This document shows positions 1 to 14,503 of a stretch of 64,000 nucleotides of DNA, piece by piece. Position 1 is the first letter of the stretch. The number at the start of each line of letters is the position of its first letter. This stretch comes from Octopus vulgaris (lineage: Eukaryota). Location of the stretch: positions 53,320,001 through 53,384,000 of the forward strand of contig OX597819.1 in NCBI GenBank assembly GCA_951406725.2. The letters are read 5' to 3'. A program made the position numbers and the translations under genes. The notes under the pieces were generated by a model that did not search any database, was not told where the DNA came from, and was given only the letters and a program-made list of their open reading frames with translations.

Positions 1-637
1 CACAACGACAACAATAGCCTGGTATCTTAGGATTTTGGCATTGGAAAAATATAAAATTATTTGCAAGTATTGTAATGAAACAATATCAAAATTATAAGTG
101 TCAATAATTATGCTGCCATTCATACAAGATTTTACCACATAGTCAAAGATATATGAACACACTCTTAAACTCTTCAAGTGTCAAAAATCAATTTGAGAAA
201 AGGAAAACAAAAAATGCAAATAAATAATTACATTACATATATAGACATTTTTTTAAATGTTAACATCTTGTTAAAATTCTGTATTTTAATCAGCCAAAGC
301 AAAATAATTCAAATAATTCAGAAAAGAAGGTGGTAATGGTGGTGGAGAAACAAATGAAGAGCAAAAGAGAAATAAATGAAGAGAGAGACTCATGGGAAAA
401 TAAGCACTTCGTTTGAAAGCAAAGAATAATATTAATTGAAAAGCTGTAGGAATATAGAAAATGTAACTTTTCTTCATAATGAGCAAAAATTTGCAGTAAA
501 ATATTAATACATAAAACTGAATATCATAAAGATTTCTATAGTTGTTTTACTGAAGTGCTTCAATAATGGAATTAAATCCCTTAAACTTGGCTCTTTGAAA
601 AGACATTTAGCCATCTAAACAATATAAGAAGTTGCAA

Positions 638-774
638 TTATAGCAGAACATAGAACTTATTACAATAATACCAAAAAGAAACAAAAAGAATGACAAGAGG
701 GGACAGGATGAGTGAGCTAGGAGTGCCTGAGTAGAAGTGATATGGCTGTAGCCAGCTCTGAAGAATAGATGGCA
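638..774 (-). CDS. Candidate alternative terminal exon, phase 1: (V)PSILQSWLQPYHFYSGTPSSLILSPLVILFVSFWYYCNKFYVLL*
   Basis: Acceptor ttttctcctccctctgtcttttctgttgcttgtacag with ~94-nt AG-free zone; open frame to TAA at 638-640; phase 0 is also open. Confidence 0.5.
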
Positions 775-1019
775 CTGTACAAGCAACAGAAAAGACAGAG
801 GGAGGAGAAAAGTATATTTGTGGTTTAGAGGTTGGAATGTGATAGCAAGCAAATTTATGTCAATCAGTTGCTGAGAGACAGATGTCTGCATCTACCCCAG
901 ATGTGAGTATGAGTACAAGTACTCTAGAGTAGGTTTTGCTTGAGGTTTGTAAAGAGTTTATATGGTCAGTTGCTGAGGGTCAACTCTGCTGATACCATCT
1001 GCCCAATACTGCCCTAGGT

Positions 1020-1340
1020 TCTGAGTTCAAATTCCACTGAAATAAAGGTTGACTGCCTTTCATCCTTTCATGGTCAATAAAATAAGTACCAGATGAGGAC
1101 TGTAGTCAATGCAATTGATTATCCCACCTCCACCAACCCACTAAAAATTATTGGCTTCATAGCAAAATTTTAAACTATTATTGCTTCTATCATTGGTAAA
1201 ATGCTCGTAATGCTACAAATTTATGTATGGCAAGTGAGGTGACTTGACTCAACTACAGTAAATCATTGACACTATTTCACCATCTCCAGAATGAATGAAA
1301 GTAGAAATATCCATGACAGAATTTGAACTCAGAACATAGT
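1020..1340. mobile_element. Two degraded, oppositely oriented copies of SINE family A (aaagtcaacctc...gaatttgaactcagaac)
   Basis: Motifs ctgagttcaaattcc...tttcatcctt...aataaaataagtaccag and gaatttgaactcagaac are shared with many copies in the window. Confidence 0.7.
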
Positions 1341-2129
1341 AGGGAGAAATTGAATACTACTAGACAACTTTAAATACATCAGTATATCCAATAAGAACTG
1401 AGTGCAGAGAAATATATTTAAATATTTTAGATATCAGTAGTTTTGTTGTGGAATGAAGCTCAGAGCCTGCAGCTTCAGATCTCAGCAGCGCAGCATGGGT
1501 GTTTAAACGTAATGCAGTATTTTGCATTTGTCTTTCAGCCTTCATAAAAATCCATTCAATTCCAATCACAGTGATACAGATAAAGAACAGCTCTTAACCA
1601 TTTAGAAAAATACTTCAGAGCTCACACAAAGGTGAGTTAATTTGAATATTTTGTGATAGTTTAATAACTGTTTAATAAATACACTAAATGCAGCATGCAA
1701 AAACATACAGTTTTGCTGTTGGTGAAACTTGGGCAATATACCCCAAGTTCTCAGTAACAATATACAAATCATAAGGCAGTATCAGTGTATTAGTAACCTG
1801 TTTATCAGTATTTTACTTTGTCCTATTTCAAGATACACTGTATAAATGTACAGCAGTGTTTTCCAATCAAAGTACCTCTCTACAAGAGATTGCCAGAGGT
1901 TCTGCCAGAAATAGTGAGCTAATTATAGGAAAATGCATTTTTGAGCAATTTTTGCATTTAATGCTATATCTGAAATTTTATAATGCATAGCATATTCACT
2001 AAGGTAGGTAAATCCTGGTATCTGTAGGTAGTAAAGAGATCCTACAATAAAAATACATCTTAAGAAGGGAAATTTATGGGTATTTAATCCAAACAAGTTC
2101 TTGGTAAAGAAGAAATTTCATAGCACTTT

Positions 2130-2337
2130 CATTACTGTGTTTCTGTTGAAATACTGGCTTTCTTCCAATTAATTTTTAAAATGATGAAAAATTTAATAAA
2201 ATAACTCTGTCCTTACTAACTTATGGTTTCAATCATAAATTGACATAAAATTTTGCAGGGAGATTTTAATTTAGATAACTTCAAATGCTTCTTAGAACCA
2301 AGAACACTTTCAAGCTGGTTGGTATGAAGAAGGTTAA
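2130..2337. mobile_element. TTAA-ended MITE-like element, family F (degraded)
   Basis: Homologous to 31081-31496; ends in aaggttaa. Confidence 0.55.
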
Positions 2338-2482
2338 ACCTTCTTTGTGGTGTGATGGATTTAGCTTTATCAAAACTTTCAAAAACAGTTTTGTGATTTG
2401 TTTTATCTCTTATGACAATTTTTAAAAAAGTTTACCCAAATAACTGAATAAATTATCAGAGGGAAACTAACAAAGACTATTT

Positions 2483-2536
<54 letters not shown>

Positions 2537-3271
2537 GAAGAATTTGTCAAGTTGACAGAGCTTTTAGATATGTTGAGATTTGATCTTGGGACTGAATGGT
2601 ATCAACTGATGTTAGGAATTATACCTAAGTGAACTAGGTTAATGAAATTTTAAGATTTAAGAGGACTCTGCTGTGAATACAGATGCAACTCATAAGTATT
2701 TTCAAAATGAAAAAGAAACCTTTGCTAAACCATGAGGACCCACTGAGCCACTGCTTAATGCTGGCTTTTTTAGTGTATAAATGAAGGAGTTAAATCTTCT
2801 CTTGAATGGGAGAACTCTATATTATACTTAATTTTCCTGCAAGCAGAATTGAGCATAGCACTGCAACCCAACAAAACATCTATCCAATAGTGTTACTGTA
2901 GCATTACATTATCTACATGAACTCAACCATGAGAATAGCCATGGTCATATATGTCAGCTTGGTGTTAGGACACAAACCACCAGGTTTTTGGCATGTTGTT
3001 CACTAATCTATCAGCTTGACCATTTTCCCTCTCATGCAAGCTTAAATATATTAGAATTTGCAAATAGTTATTAATATGGAAGGAATGTTGGTCACATTTT
3101 TCAGAAATTCATAGCTGTCTCTAAATTCCATTAACTAAACTTTGTCCCAGTCTGAATGACTGACAAATAATTTGACTAAGAATCTTTTATCAGTAATACA
3201 AAATTTAAAGTAATATATCTGATTGGATAGAAGCAATAAGGTATGTTCCAAATTTTGAAAATCATTATCTA

Positions 3272-3327
<56 letters not shown>

Positions 3328-3360
3328 GGGGTAGAGGACATTCTCTTTCTCTCTCTCATG

Positions 3361-3391
<31 letters not shown>

Positions 3392-3874
3392 AAAAGCATC
3401 AAGAAATAAATAAAATATTTTTACAGATCTGTTACAGATAATTAATTTGGCAGATCTACTGATAAGGTTTACTGAACTAAGGAGAAAAAAAAATTACTTG
3501 GTTCCATCTCCAAGGATAAACCTGAGAGTTTAGTTTCAAAGAACTAATGTTTAGATCAATTGTCTTCCTGTATATACACCATGGCTGGAAAGACTAACAA
3601 AGCACAATTCCACCTGTAAAATGGATTCAAGTGAACTTTCTCTTATTCCAGATACTATTGCTATTTATGCTGAGTAGACACTGCATGAACAAGATCACTT
3701 ACAAAAATAATACTATTTACTATATACGTAGAATCCCTAAGCAACACCAACAAACTGTCCACCCCTCCCCAACAACAAAAACAACAACAACAGTGATGAA
3801 ACAATGCTATAGAGTTGCAAAGAGAAGAACATCTAAATTTAAATGATCCATCATGCATGTACACAACGCAGAAT

Positions 3875-3900
3875 TCACCCATGTGTATTGTAACAGACTG
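3875..3900 (-). CDS. Candidate alternative exon, phase 1: (A)VCYNTHG*; other phases also open
   Basis: Strong acceptor cttgtttttttctctcccccatctatag|CAG (NAGNAG); GTAAGT donor at 3702-3697. Confidence 0.45.
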
Positions 3901-4052
3901 CTATAGATGGGGGAGAGAAAAAAACAAGTACCTAAAGGAATAGGAGTTTTAAAACTGTAGTTTTATTTTGTTCATTCAATCATGAAACAGTGCATTTTAT
4001 ATAAAGCTGGTGATATAGATGTAAGGACAGAATTTGGTACTAAGAAGATTAA

Positions 4053-4063
4053 CTAGGTTGAGT
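4053..4063 (-). CDS. Candidate ultra-short terminal exon: (D)ST*
   Basis: TAG acceptor at 4066-4064 preceded by 143 nt without AG and a pyrimidine-rich tract; GCTGAT branch-like motif near 4195. Confidence 0.35.
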
Positions 4064-7000
4064 CTATATGAACAAACCACCATGACACAGTCAAACATAT
4101 AAAACAACAGAATGAGCAAACCAGGCAGGCGAAAGCAAAGAGCAGGAGAGGTGGGAGGTGGGAAGCCATCATGAGCATTGAACCAACACCATGATCAGCA
4201 AAACACAACTTCATAATTACAAGTATTACTACAAAAACTTTCAAATTGAAAATTGGTCATAAGAACCAGCACCACTATGATTATCGTTATCACCATTAAA
4301 AAAAAAAATAACACACACACAGACACAACTATTATCAGAATCATTACCTTCAAAATTGTAACAAATATTATTACCATCTGGACAAACCAGCACTAAACCC
4401 CTCCCCAGTAACTATCATTAGCATCAACTATAATCATCATCTGTAGATTGGCTCTATCATAACTATTAATCATATACATATCATCATCATTTTTCTTATC
4501 CTCCTCACCACCATCATCAACATTACCTCATCCATCATCAATGGCATAAAAAAGAATTTACATAATGTTTCTCTTAGGTGTCCAAAAGGACAGTGATTAT
4601 ATCTTTTGACCATTTATTATTCTTTTTTCACAAAAAAAGAGCAGTAACCAAGAGAACCCCCTCGATTTTTTTTTTTTTACCCCTATTTCCCAGAATAAAA
4701 AACAACAAAAGTCCAAAATCATTACTTACTTCATTAGTCATGGTAACAAATTATAATAATTACAACCACACTAACTACTTAGTAAAACATTGTTCTAATC
4801 CAATTCGCAAGATAGACATAACCTTTACATATTTAGTGCTCAAACAAATTTTCTAAAGTTCCAGCCATATCAAGAACTGATATTCCCAGCCATTAAATAA
4901 CCTATTATTTTAATATATTTAATGTATTTTTCTTTCCATGCTAGCAGCCTCTATCACCATTAACACCAAATTTCTGTTTATACTAAATTCTCAGATTTTT
5001 TTTCCTCTCCAAAGTACAAAGGTCTGAGATTTCTTTGATCACTATCTAATGTGGTTACTAATTTATCACAACTCCAATACAGTGTTGTGTCTAGTATTCA
5101 TCATACACCAAAATTTATACTATACTCTTGATCAATAACAACCAGATGAGAATTCCCAACTATCAAATTAGTCAAGCTAAACAAGTCTCCATTACAAACA
5201 GAGCATATCCCATACTTTTCCCTCCTCACTCACCTCATATTACAGCAGATATTTCACTGAGAGTTCTTCCTTAGAGATTGACATGGAATCACAAACTAGA
5301 CTCATCATGTCCATATTATAAATTCAACAATTCTGCAACACACAAATCCGTTTTATAAATCCATTTTGTTATATTCATTAAACTGCAATACTTAAAACTA
5401 TTTATTTGCTTCCATGCAAACTATCAAATTCACAAATCCTCACCAGCATGAACAACTAGTCTACAATAATTCTGAAAATTTATACACACTGTAAACCTGT
5501 AAGTAGTACATTGTATTCTCTGGTGGCCACTTAGTGCAAATGAGAGAGAGAGAAAGAGAGAGAGAGGGGGGGCATATTTCTGTATAATATTTGGCAGGAT
5601 TAGAAGTTTGAATTTGAAACTGAGGTACAAAGTAGAAGATGAATAGAATATACTTTTTTATAGCTTACATATCTTCTGATGTTTGCTTGTTAGTCATTAG
5701 ACTACAAACAACCATGATGGGATATGCCACTTTGAACAGTTTTGGCTGCATGAATCAGCAATGATACTTTTTTTTTTTTTAAAGGTTTGTACTTATTCCA
5801 TCAGTCTCTTTTCCTCAACTGCTAAGTTACAGAAATGTAAACATATCAAGACTAATTGTCAAGAGGTGGTGGGTGACATCCAGCAGTGGAATAGTCACCA
5901 CTGATGAGCTTCAATTTTAAGCAAAACTAGACTAGTATGGTGATCTCACTCAGTGTGGGGCAGTTATCTCTCCTGATTATATATCTATATATATATATAT
6001 ATATACACACACATATATATATATATAAAAGAATTTCTATCTGTCTGTTTATCCCACAAAACATAATTCAGACACCTTCTCATTTATAAGCTTGAGTGTT
6101 TTGTCCTTTTTCACATTTTAACTATGATGATCATAATGTTGATGATGGTGTGACCAGAGCTAAAGTACCAGAATTTTCAAAGAATCGACACCTTTCAATC
6201 TCTCTCTCTCTCTCTCTGTTTGGCCGGAAATTGTCCTGTGACAAGAATGGTCAGTGTTCAAGATAATGACAACTACCACACCATATATATTTATTCAAGG
6301 ATTGTCTGTTCTGCGCAATTAAATTTCTCTCTCTCTCTCTCTCTCTCTCTAATGACTGCAACAAGTAAAAATAAAATAAAGAAACATTCTTGGGTCAATA
6401 CATCCAACTAAAAATTCTTCAAGGCAGTGCCCCAGTATGGCCACAATCTAATGACTGAAGCAAGTAAAATGTAAAAGGAATGAAAAGATAAAAGAATATT
6501 ATAAGAGTGGGTGTTTTGTCCACTTTCACCAGCAGAACGGAACTCTAAAGAAATGGCACCACTATTACTTTATCTGTCTGTTTCTTTCTCTTTAAAAGAA
6601 CATACACATACACATACATGTATATTCAATCGTGTTTCAGATATACCTATTTTTCTAACTTCTCCATTCAGATATAGATATACAAATTTCTTTCACATAA
6701 GCAGAGACAATCTGACAGTGAAGCTATACGCACACAGGCACAAATTCACAGCGAAACGAAAATTGACACACCAACAAAAAGACAACCACACAACCCCTTG
6801 CCCTGCATTCCTGTAATATAGCGTCGGAATTTCAGCAAACCACTGACACCATTCAGCATTTGTAAATTCATTTCACTATTATTTACTGATATTCACACAG
6901 CATTTGTACTTACACTTCATTACAACTTACTGATATTCCTTATCAAACACATTTATCCTTCCCTTAAGCTATTCTTCTATATGATATACCTATTTTCCCT

Positions 7001-7064
7001 GAATTACTGTGACATAGCATCCAAATTTCATTTCACTATTACTTACTAATATTTATTATCAAAA

Positions 7065-7380
7065 ATGGCTCATAAAAAACAGACAGTCACAAAACGAGCC
7101 CTAAACAAATGCACAACATGCATCAGAAAATGACAATGAGACAGGCACAAGGCTTGTAGATCAGTGACAGAGAAAATAAGCTTGACTTGCATCTGAAACC
7201 AAACATCAACAAAATGCACGACTTGCAGACAGCAAACAACGAATGGCAGCTCAACATGAAGAAGAAAACAAAGACAAAGGACATGTAGGACTTGCAGCTG
7301 ATCGTCTTCAAAAAGCATCATATATGCAAGAAACAACACAAGAAACTGCAAACAGACTTGCAGATAGCCAACAAATAATG
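7065..7380 (+). pseudogene. Degraded STPR-like (~23-aa ET..R..RL repeat) ORF, probably a Helitron-associated relic
   Basis: MAHKKQTVTKRALNK, then a frameshift, then ENDNETGTRLVDQ*QRK*A*LAS / ETKHQQNARLADSKQRMAAQHEE / ENKDKGHVGLAADRLQKASYMQ / ETTQETANRLAD; TGA stops fit CGA>TGA decay. Confidence 0.6.
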
Positions 7381-7726
7381 ATATCGATGTTTCTTCCACT
7401 TCAATAATTACATAGTTTTCACTTCTAAAAATGCATGCATACAGGAGGAGTAAACTATACATATAATAATATATTCAATGTGGCTCCCAATAAACAGTAC
7501 CGATCAACGATGGGATTTACTGCTAGTGTGTATATATATCAAGAATAAGGAGAAAATGAAGACGTAATTAATAAAATTATTTATCAATTATAAAATATGA
7601 CGACATCTCTGACAGCTGTTTCGATTCAGAAATCTTTAGATAATTAATTTATAAAATTGATATACCGAATAGAAATACATGTTGAGATAACAGCTATAAA
7701 ACCACTATATATATATATATATACAT

Positions 7727-7759
<33 letters not shown>

Positions 7760-8918
7760 TACAATGGGCTTCTTTAATTTTTCATCATCCAAATCTACTC
7801 ACAAGGCTTTTGTCCTTAACTCTAGTATAAAGGTTAAGGATTTGAAATTAGAACTCTCATTGGGTAAATTACAGGAAACAAAACATACTCAAATTTACAA
7901 AGGTATGGCATCCACACCAGTATGGAAAGCCTGCAACAATATAAGCCAATGGGGAAATACCATGCTTGAAATACCAGTAGTCCTTGATATACAAAAAAAA
8001 AATAAGATAGTCACAGCTAGAACATCACTGATGATAGGACTTGTCAATAAAGGCCGATCAGGGACTGAACAATAAAAGCAACTTTCAATTGAATCATGTA
8101 CTATTCATGAAATAACCAAATCTCCAACAAATCACACCTATTCCCATAATCCTTTGCCTATACAAAGCATTTTCATAAATTTGTCCAAATCATTCATGCT
8201 GGTTTTCAGACTTTCAGTTAGTCCCTGTTTCATATGTTCTGAGTAATACTCAAGTAGCTGAAAACAATTAGGGATGTGCTTCATTATAGGATGCATGGAG
8301 ACCAAAGAAATAAGTTTTTTGTATTACATGTGATACGCAGAAATTGATAGATGCGTTAGATAATGTAGTCCTAAATAGATTTGTCTAGAAAGAAACACGA
8401 TGATGGGATAATTGTAACTGAAATGCTTGCCTTTGATCAGAGCTGGCCTGAGCCTGGAGCAAAGCAAAAAGAACGACTTGCAATCAGTGATGTAAGTAAA
8501 GATGTGTGTGTGTGTGTATGTGTAAATAAATATATATATATAAATACACACACACATTCATAAATGTATAAACATACATGTGTATGTGTGTATACAGATG
8601 TATACACATATTTATGTACAGCTTGTTTCAAAATGAACATCTATATTGAATGAATGAGACTGAAAACCATTCATAATTTCCAAGCCATTTCTATTATTCT
8701 TTCACAAATGTAGGAAAATTAAGAAAGAAGTGTTATGTAAATAAATAGTCCATAAGACATATTCCACTATTGCACAATAATATTGGAAGAGGTGTGTGGG
8801 AGACAGCGGACAGAGTTGAGGAATGAAGATTATTGGCAAATTTTACAGTTTCTTTTTCTCTCACCATCCTCAATATATTTTCATTTTGTTGCTCATTTTG
8901 TTTGTTTGTGTATGTATA

Positions 8919-8970
<52 letters not shown>

Positions 8971-9136
8971 ATAGTTTTCATCAATTACACTCATCTTTCA
9001 TTAACACAATGCACTTACTAACGTAATTGCTTTGTCCGAAAATTAAAGAAAAAATAAAAGGAATTATAATTGCCAGCAACAAACCATTATAGCTGAATAT
9101 TTTATATTCAGCAGTATATGTGGTGATAAGGCATAC

Positions 9137-9193
9137 CAATACCAATTATAAAGGAAACTCATATCAATACAGACAGCTCCTCCGGCACCACTT
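9137..9193 (-). CDS. Candidate alternative exon: phase 1 (E)VVPEELSVLI* (stop 9159), or 57-nt phase-2 cassette SGAGGAVCIDMSFLYNWY
   Basis: 231-nt AG-free zone (9196-9426) with TACTAAAC near its 5' end; AAGAAG tandem acceptor; GC-rich island; GTATGC donor. Confidence 0.55.
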
Positions 9194-9559
9194 CTTGCAA
9201 CATGAAGTAAATTAAAGACATAAATATAAAAAAAAAAAATTAATATATTTGTGTATGTATATTGTGTACGCACACACACACACATATAGGAAAACACAAA
9301 ATAAAGGAATAACATAAATGGAATGGATGGGGGTAGGGTGAAGAATGAAAGGGTAAAAAAAAAAATAAATGAAATTAAAAAAGAATTAAAAATAAAGCAT
9401 CGTTTAGTAAGGTAATAAAAATGTTACTTATTACTTCATACAGAATCGACTCAGCAAGTGTGATCTTGGTGTTTTGTTGTTATAATTTCTGTGTTAAATA
9501 AAATGTCTCTTTGCTCTATTTGTTTGCTTTCTTTTTATTTCTGTTTCATTTTCTATTAT

Positions 9560-9639
<80 letters not shown>

Positions 9640-11664
9640 CTCTTTAATCAATTGCATCTGATCCAATCAAATAATATCGGCAGCGTATGGAAATTTGCAC
9701 AACCAACCCGTGCTTGTTTTGGGGACTGCATGATTGAAGCTACTTCATTACCGACAAGAAAAACATTCTAATTAAAGTTGGAAGGAAAACAATAATACTT
9801 TTTCTTTTCTTTTTTTCCTTTTTCTCATAGTTACATTGCTTTCATACATCATCTTTGGGGTAATTTTTTATCCTTTTTTTTTAGAAACTTTTTTTTTATT
9901 TTTAGTATAGATTTTTGTTTTCTCCTCAGTGTGTTTACTACATTTCATTTTGTTTCTTTCATTTAGGCCCTTCAGGATATTGACATTGAGGATTCTATTG
10001 GTTTTGTGTGTGTGTGTGTGTGCGTGTGTGATACATGATGTGGTTAAGTTACAGGATGTAGGAACAAACAGTTCATAGGATAATACATTTGTATAAAGAA
10101 TAACTGTTTTCACATAAGAATTAAATAGAGAAAACAAAGCTAAATAATAAGGATTTCTCATACACAAATTGCAAATCCATGGACACTATAGCTCAATAGA
10201 AACTTAACACTTTACAACTATTAAATCAAAGTAAGATTTAAAAAAAAAACAATTTTTTTTCTAATCTTGACACGATGACAGTAATTTTAAGGGGAGGTGT
10301 GAATTGATTAAATCAACCCCAGTATTTGACTTTTACTGTATTTTATTGACCCCAGAAAGATAAAAAGCAAAAGTCAACCTCAACAGGATTTTGAACTCAG
10401 AACTTAAAGAGTCCAAATAAATAGTATGAGGCATTTTAACCCCCACTCTTTGTACTGGCCCTCACAGTTTACCATCTTTGTTCATTCTTTGTCACAAGAT
10501 GATGGGTCAATACTGCTAGAGGTAGCCAAAAGAGAGAGAACCTAAATAGTTTGTTTCTAGTCCTGACAACGAGGAATGTTTTTCAATCATCCTTGATAGT
10601 GGTGCTGTGACAACAGCAATTCCTGAAACTGCTGTTGTTACTGCTAGTTCTATTGCTGCTTGCTGTTCAATCTGCCAAGAGGAGGAGTGAGCACGCCAAA
10701 CAGTAACCTCACAGATGGCCCTTACTGCTACACATGTATTAGTTAAACTTTTCCTTCCATGCCCATAATAGGGCATAGATTCAAGGTGGTCCTGTGGCTT
10801 GACTCCTGCTCAGTGTATGGTGTTTTTTAGTTACCACTCACTAACTGCCTGCATTGTGCAACAAAGGTGACAAAAAGCTAAAAGGACAGTATCACTTCAA
10901 ATGTGCTTGACTATTACTCTTTTGTTCTACTGATTAATACATTGTAGTACAAGCCTGAGAGCAGGGAAATAATGCAACCTCAAAAATCATACAAACATCT
11001 TCATACATCCTGCCCAGGTCAACGAAAATCACAATGGCAAGAGCCTTCTTCAAATGTTCTGGGTACAACTGAAAATTCCTCCATTTGTGAAGTAGAGGGA
11101 AGTTACTTTTCTCTAATCTCACTTTTTGAATAAAAAGCCTAAGCTTTTGTGTGTGTTTTGGCTCCATATTCTTATTCCTGGATGGTCACAGCAAATCTGA
11201 AATTTCTTTATTGTGAGCAGCTCAAGAAAAGAGGATATTTATTCTGTTAAAATCTTGAGTAACACTATTTTGTGCATTAAAACATGCACTTTGCTCTGAA
11301 AATTGCATTTTTTTTCCTGTGTAGCTTTTAAGTATAAATGTCTGTGTTATCTTTTTCTTTTTTTTTTTTTTTTACAGAATGAAATTTTAGGAGCATACTT
11401 TTTCTAAGTTGCCATGTTTTCAATGCCTGATAACAAGCATTTAAAAATAGTGCTTGTCTTGTTAATAAGGAGGTCAAACAGCAATCATAGATAATAACCC
11501 TAATTTCCGATGAACAGCATTCACAAAACATTAGTGTAAACTGACCAGCATATAACTTGTATGATCTGATTTTTTTTTTTTTTTAAACCAATCAGCAAAC
11601 AAATGTATGTCTGACCAATCCTACTCAAATAATAATAATAATAATAATAATGATAATAATAATG

Positions 11665-12135
11665 GTTTCAAATTTTGACACAAGGCCAGCAATTTCAGGG
11701 GACGGGACAGGGTAAGTCAATTACAATGACCATAGTGCTCAACTGGTACCTATTTTATCAACCCCAAATGGATAAAAGGCAAAGTTGACCTCAATGGAAT
11801 TTGAGTTCAGAGCATAAAAAGACAAGCAAAATGCCACTAAGCATTTTGTCCAGTATCCTAATGATTCTACCAGCTCTTCCTTTTCTAATAACAACAGCAA
11901 CAAAAATAATAATAATAATAATAATCCTTTCTACTAAAGGCACAAGGCCTGAAATCTTGGGGGAGGGGACTAGTCAATTACACTGACCCAATGTTTCACT
12001 GGTACTTAATTTATCGATCCCAAAAGAATGAAAGGCAAAGTCAACCTCAGTGAAATTTGAACTCAGAACGTAAAGACAGATGAAATACTGTGAAGCATTT
12101 TCTCTGGTGTGCTAATGATTCTGGCAGCTTGCCAC
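11665..12135 (+). mobile_element. Two tandem copies of SINE family A separated by (AAT)n
   Basis: Repeated cacaaggcc...aaaggcaaagtcaacctc...gaactcagaacgtaaagac. Confidence 0.8.
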
Positions 12136-12489
12136 CAATAATAATAATAATAATAATAATAAATAATAATAATATCAAAACCTCTAAATTTGGATGGGAG
12201 GAAACATGCAGAAAATCCTGTGACAACAAAGGTGACAACCAAGTAAACTGTATGTTCAAAAGGATCATAAACAATTTTATAGAGAAAAAACTGTGTATAA
12301 AGTGCACTTAACCAATTAGTTATTTGTTACTTGTAAAACACATTTGAAAATAAAGAAGTAAATGATGGAGACAACCGTTGCTTTCAATGAGAACGAATCC
12401 CATGTTTTATCATTTTTATGTTCAGGTTTAAATAAAAAAGTGTTAAACTTTATCTTTTTTTTTTTAACTTTTTTAGGTTTTTCTGAATC

Positions 12490-12521
12490 CTACAAATTAG
12501 GAGAATCTATGTCGACTTGCT
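12490..12521 (-). CDS. Candidate terminal exon, phase 1: (E)QVDIDSPNL*
   Basis: ~90-nt AG-free pyrimidine tract ending ttcttttcatgaag. Confidence 0.45.
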
Positions 12522-13399
12522 CTTCATGAAAAGAATATATTGTAATACATAGAGAACAACAACAAAAAAAGTGAGAGAAGAGCAAGAGTAAATCAATGTA
12601 GAAGTATCACATGTCTATTGTGCAAAGGATATTATGTGTGGAACGTTTGCATACAAAAAAAATAAGAAACTAAAACCTTAAAGTAACATGGACATATATG
12701 TATTTATTGTTTGTTTGTTCACTAGTCAATGATTTTTCTAGATTCAATGCAGGAGCAATGTTCTTTATGCCATGGAAAAGCCAACCAATCTAGAAAAATA
12801 GATTATCTGAAATAAACCGTCACAGAGAGAATAGGAATCTTAGACAAGTAAGAAAAGTAAGTGTAACTGAAGCCGAAATAAAATCAGTCACATTCTGTTA
12901 CAGTGGTGTCCGAATTTCAGGGCCTCCAATCTTGAGAAAAACTACTGCCAAATGCAATAAGCAGAACAAGGAAAAAATTATGGCAAGTGTTACCACCACC
13001 ACCACCACCAATGCCATCATCATCATCATCATCTGGCTTTTCCATGTTACAGTGTGAACTGTTATTTGGTATATGATCTTCCAAGTATCAACCATTCAAC
13101 AAAATAGTACTCAATGCAGTGCATATGACAGGTCCAGGTTTAACACTTTTGACATCAGACTACCTGACACTGGCCTTTGGTTCTGTGATACATATAAAAA
13201 CCAGCCAAGTGTTGGTATTTACGCTTAAGCCTGCTCTATTTTATTAAAGAAAATTTTTTGTTTTCAAAGTTCTGTTCCAAACAAGTTCAATAATAAATAG
13301 GCTTTTGTCTTTTTTGTGCTAAATTGTGCATGGACAGTGAATCCCACCATAAATTATCAACACCATTTCAATGCCTGGTTGTTCCATACTTGTATAGGT

Positions 13400-13770
13400 T
13401 AGATACCCTTCATTGAGGTAGGTTTTCTATGGCAGAAAGCCCTTCCTGTCATGAACCTTCAAGTAAGGCAATATTCCCCCTTGACCAGACATGGTTTTCA
13501 CAGAAGACAAGAAACAAACATCACTGTTGGTAGGACAGTCATTCTTCATTTACAACCATCACACAATGTTGGGACAAGGGTACATGCAACCACACATGAA
13601 CACACGGTAGGCTTCTTTCAGTTTCATCTACCAAATCCACTCACAAGGCTTTGGTTGATCCAGAACTATAACAGAAGACACTCACACAAGATGCCACACA
13701 GTGTGACTGAATTCATAACCACATGGTTGGTAAACAAGTATCTCAACCACTAAGCTATGTTTGCGCCCTT
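13400..13770 (-). mobile_element. SINE family B (tRNA-like head ggctgtgtggtaagaag...ggttcagtcccactg)
   Basis: Reverse complement of copies at 18210 and 20160. Confidence 0.75.
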
Positions 13771-13933
13771 CATATGGTAACAAGAAAGGGTTAATAAATC
13801 AACAAGGTATTAAATTTGATTCCCATGTAAACTAATCACACCATAAATTAATTCCTTACAAAACACAAGGTCTCAGATCAACAGAAGAGATGAAATTGCA
13901 TTTCACTGCATTTCTAAAGAGTGTTACACTCAC

Positions 13934-14086
13934 ATGTGACATGAAATGTGTAGACTAAGACTTAATTGTAGACTCAGCTCTCCACAAGCTTTCCTTCACA
14001 CCACGGATGCCACAATGAGTAATAACGGCTACAAATAAAAGACAATCCATGTCTGCCATAGTATCTATTAAGATTCTCTAGAGAAA
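13934..14086 (-). CDS. Candidate alternative exon with two phase-1 acceptors: (V)SLENLNRYYGRHGLSFICSRYYSLWHPWCEGKLVES* from 14086, and (A)VITHCGIRGVKESLWRAESTIKS* from 14028
   Basis: Acceptors gttttccacag and tcttttatttgtag; both frames open to stops (13974, 13955); downstream GTGAGT donor at 13933. Confidence 0.5.
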
Positions 14087-14503
14087 CTGTGGAAAACATT
14101 ACAGTAGTCTTCCTTCACAGTGCACTCTACTTTCATCTAAACTATTATGCAATATCTGAAGAAAGACTGATGTAAGTCAGTTGCTTTACTAAAAATATTA
14201 CAACTATTGAGATACCAAAAAAAAAAGGGGGGGGCGCTTCTAATATACTTGCAGAACTTCATATTTATCTAATTCTTCACACATGCACACACACAAACAC
14301 TGCCACCAACAACCATCCACTTACACGTACAAAATTTCTGTTAAGTTTACATTATTACAACAAGTTTCTTGTCTGTAATGTCAGCGACAGCGTATTCAAA
14401 ACTTCATAATATCCATCATTGCATGCATGCATTATATAACACCCACCCACCCACCCCACACACACACATGTGCGAATGAAAATATACGTGTGCACACACA
14501 TAC

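Noticed and set aside
9012-9060. Possible 11-nt microexon before GTAAGT; also a 4-nt candidate near 18058 and a 28-nt candidate near 5444
   Set aside because: Acceptor or donor context is weak and compatible with chance.
10516-11520. GC-richer block with open frames on both strands (plus-strand exon-like 10561-10686)
   Set aside because: No recognisable protein; looks like a decayed DNA-transposon fragment, but too weak to call.
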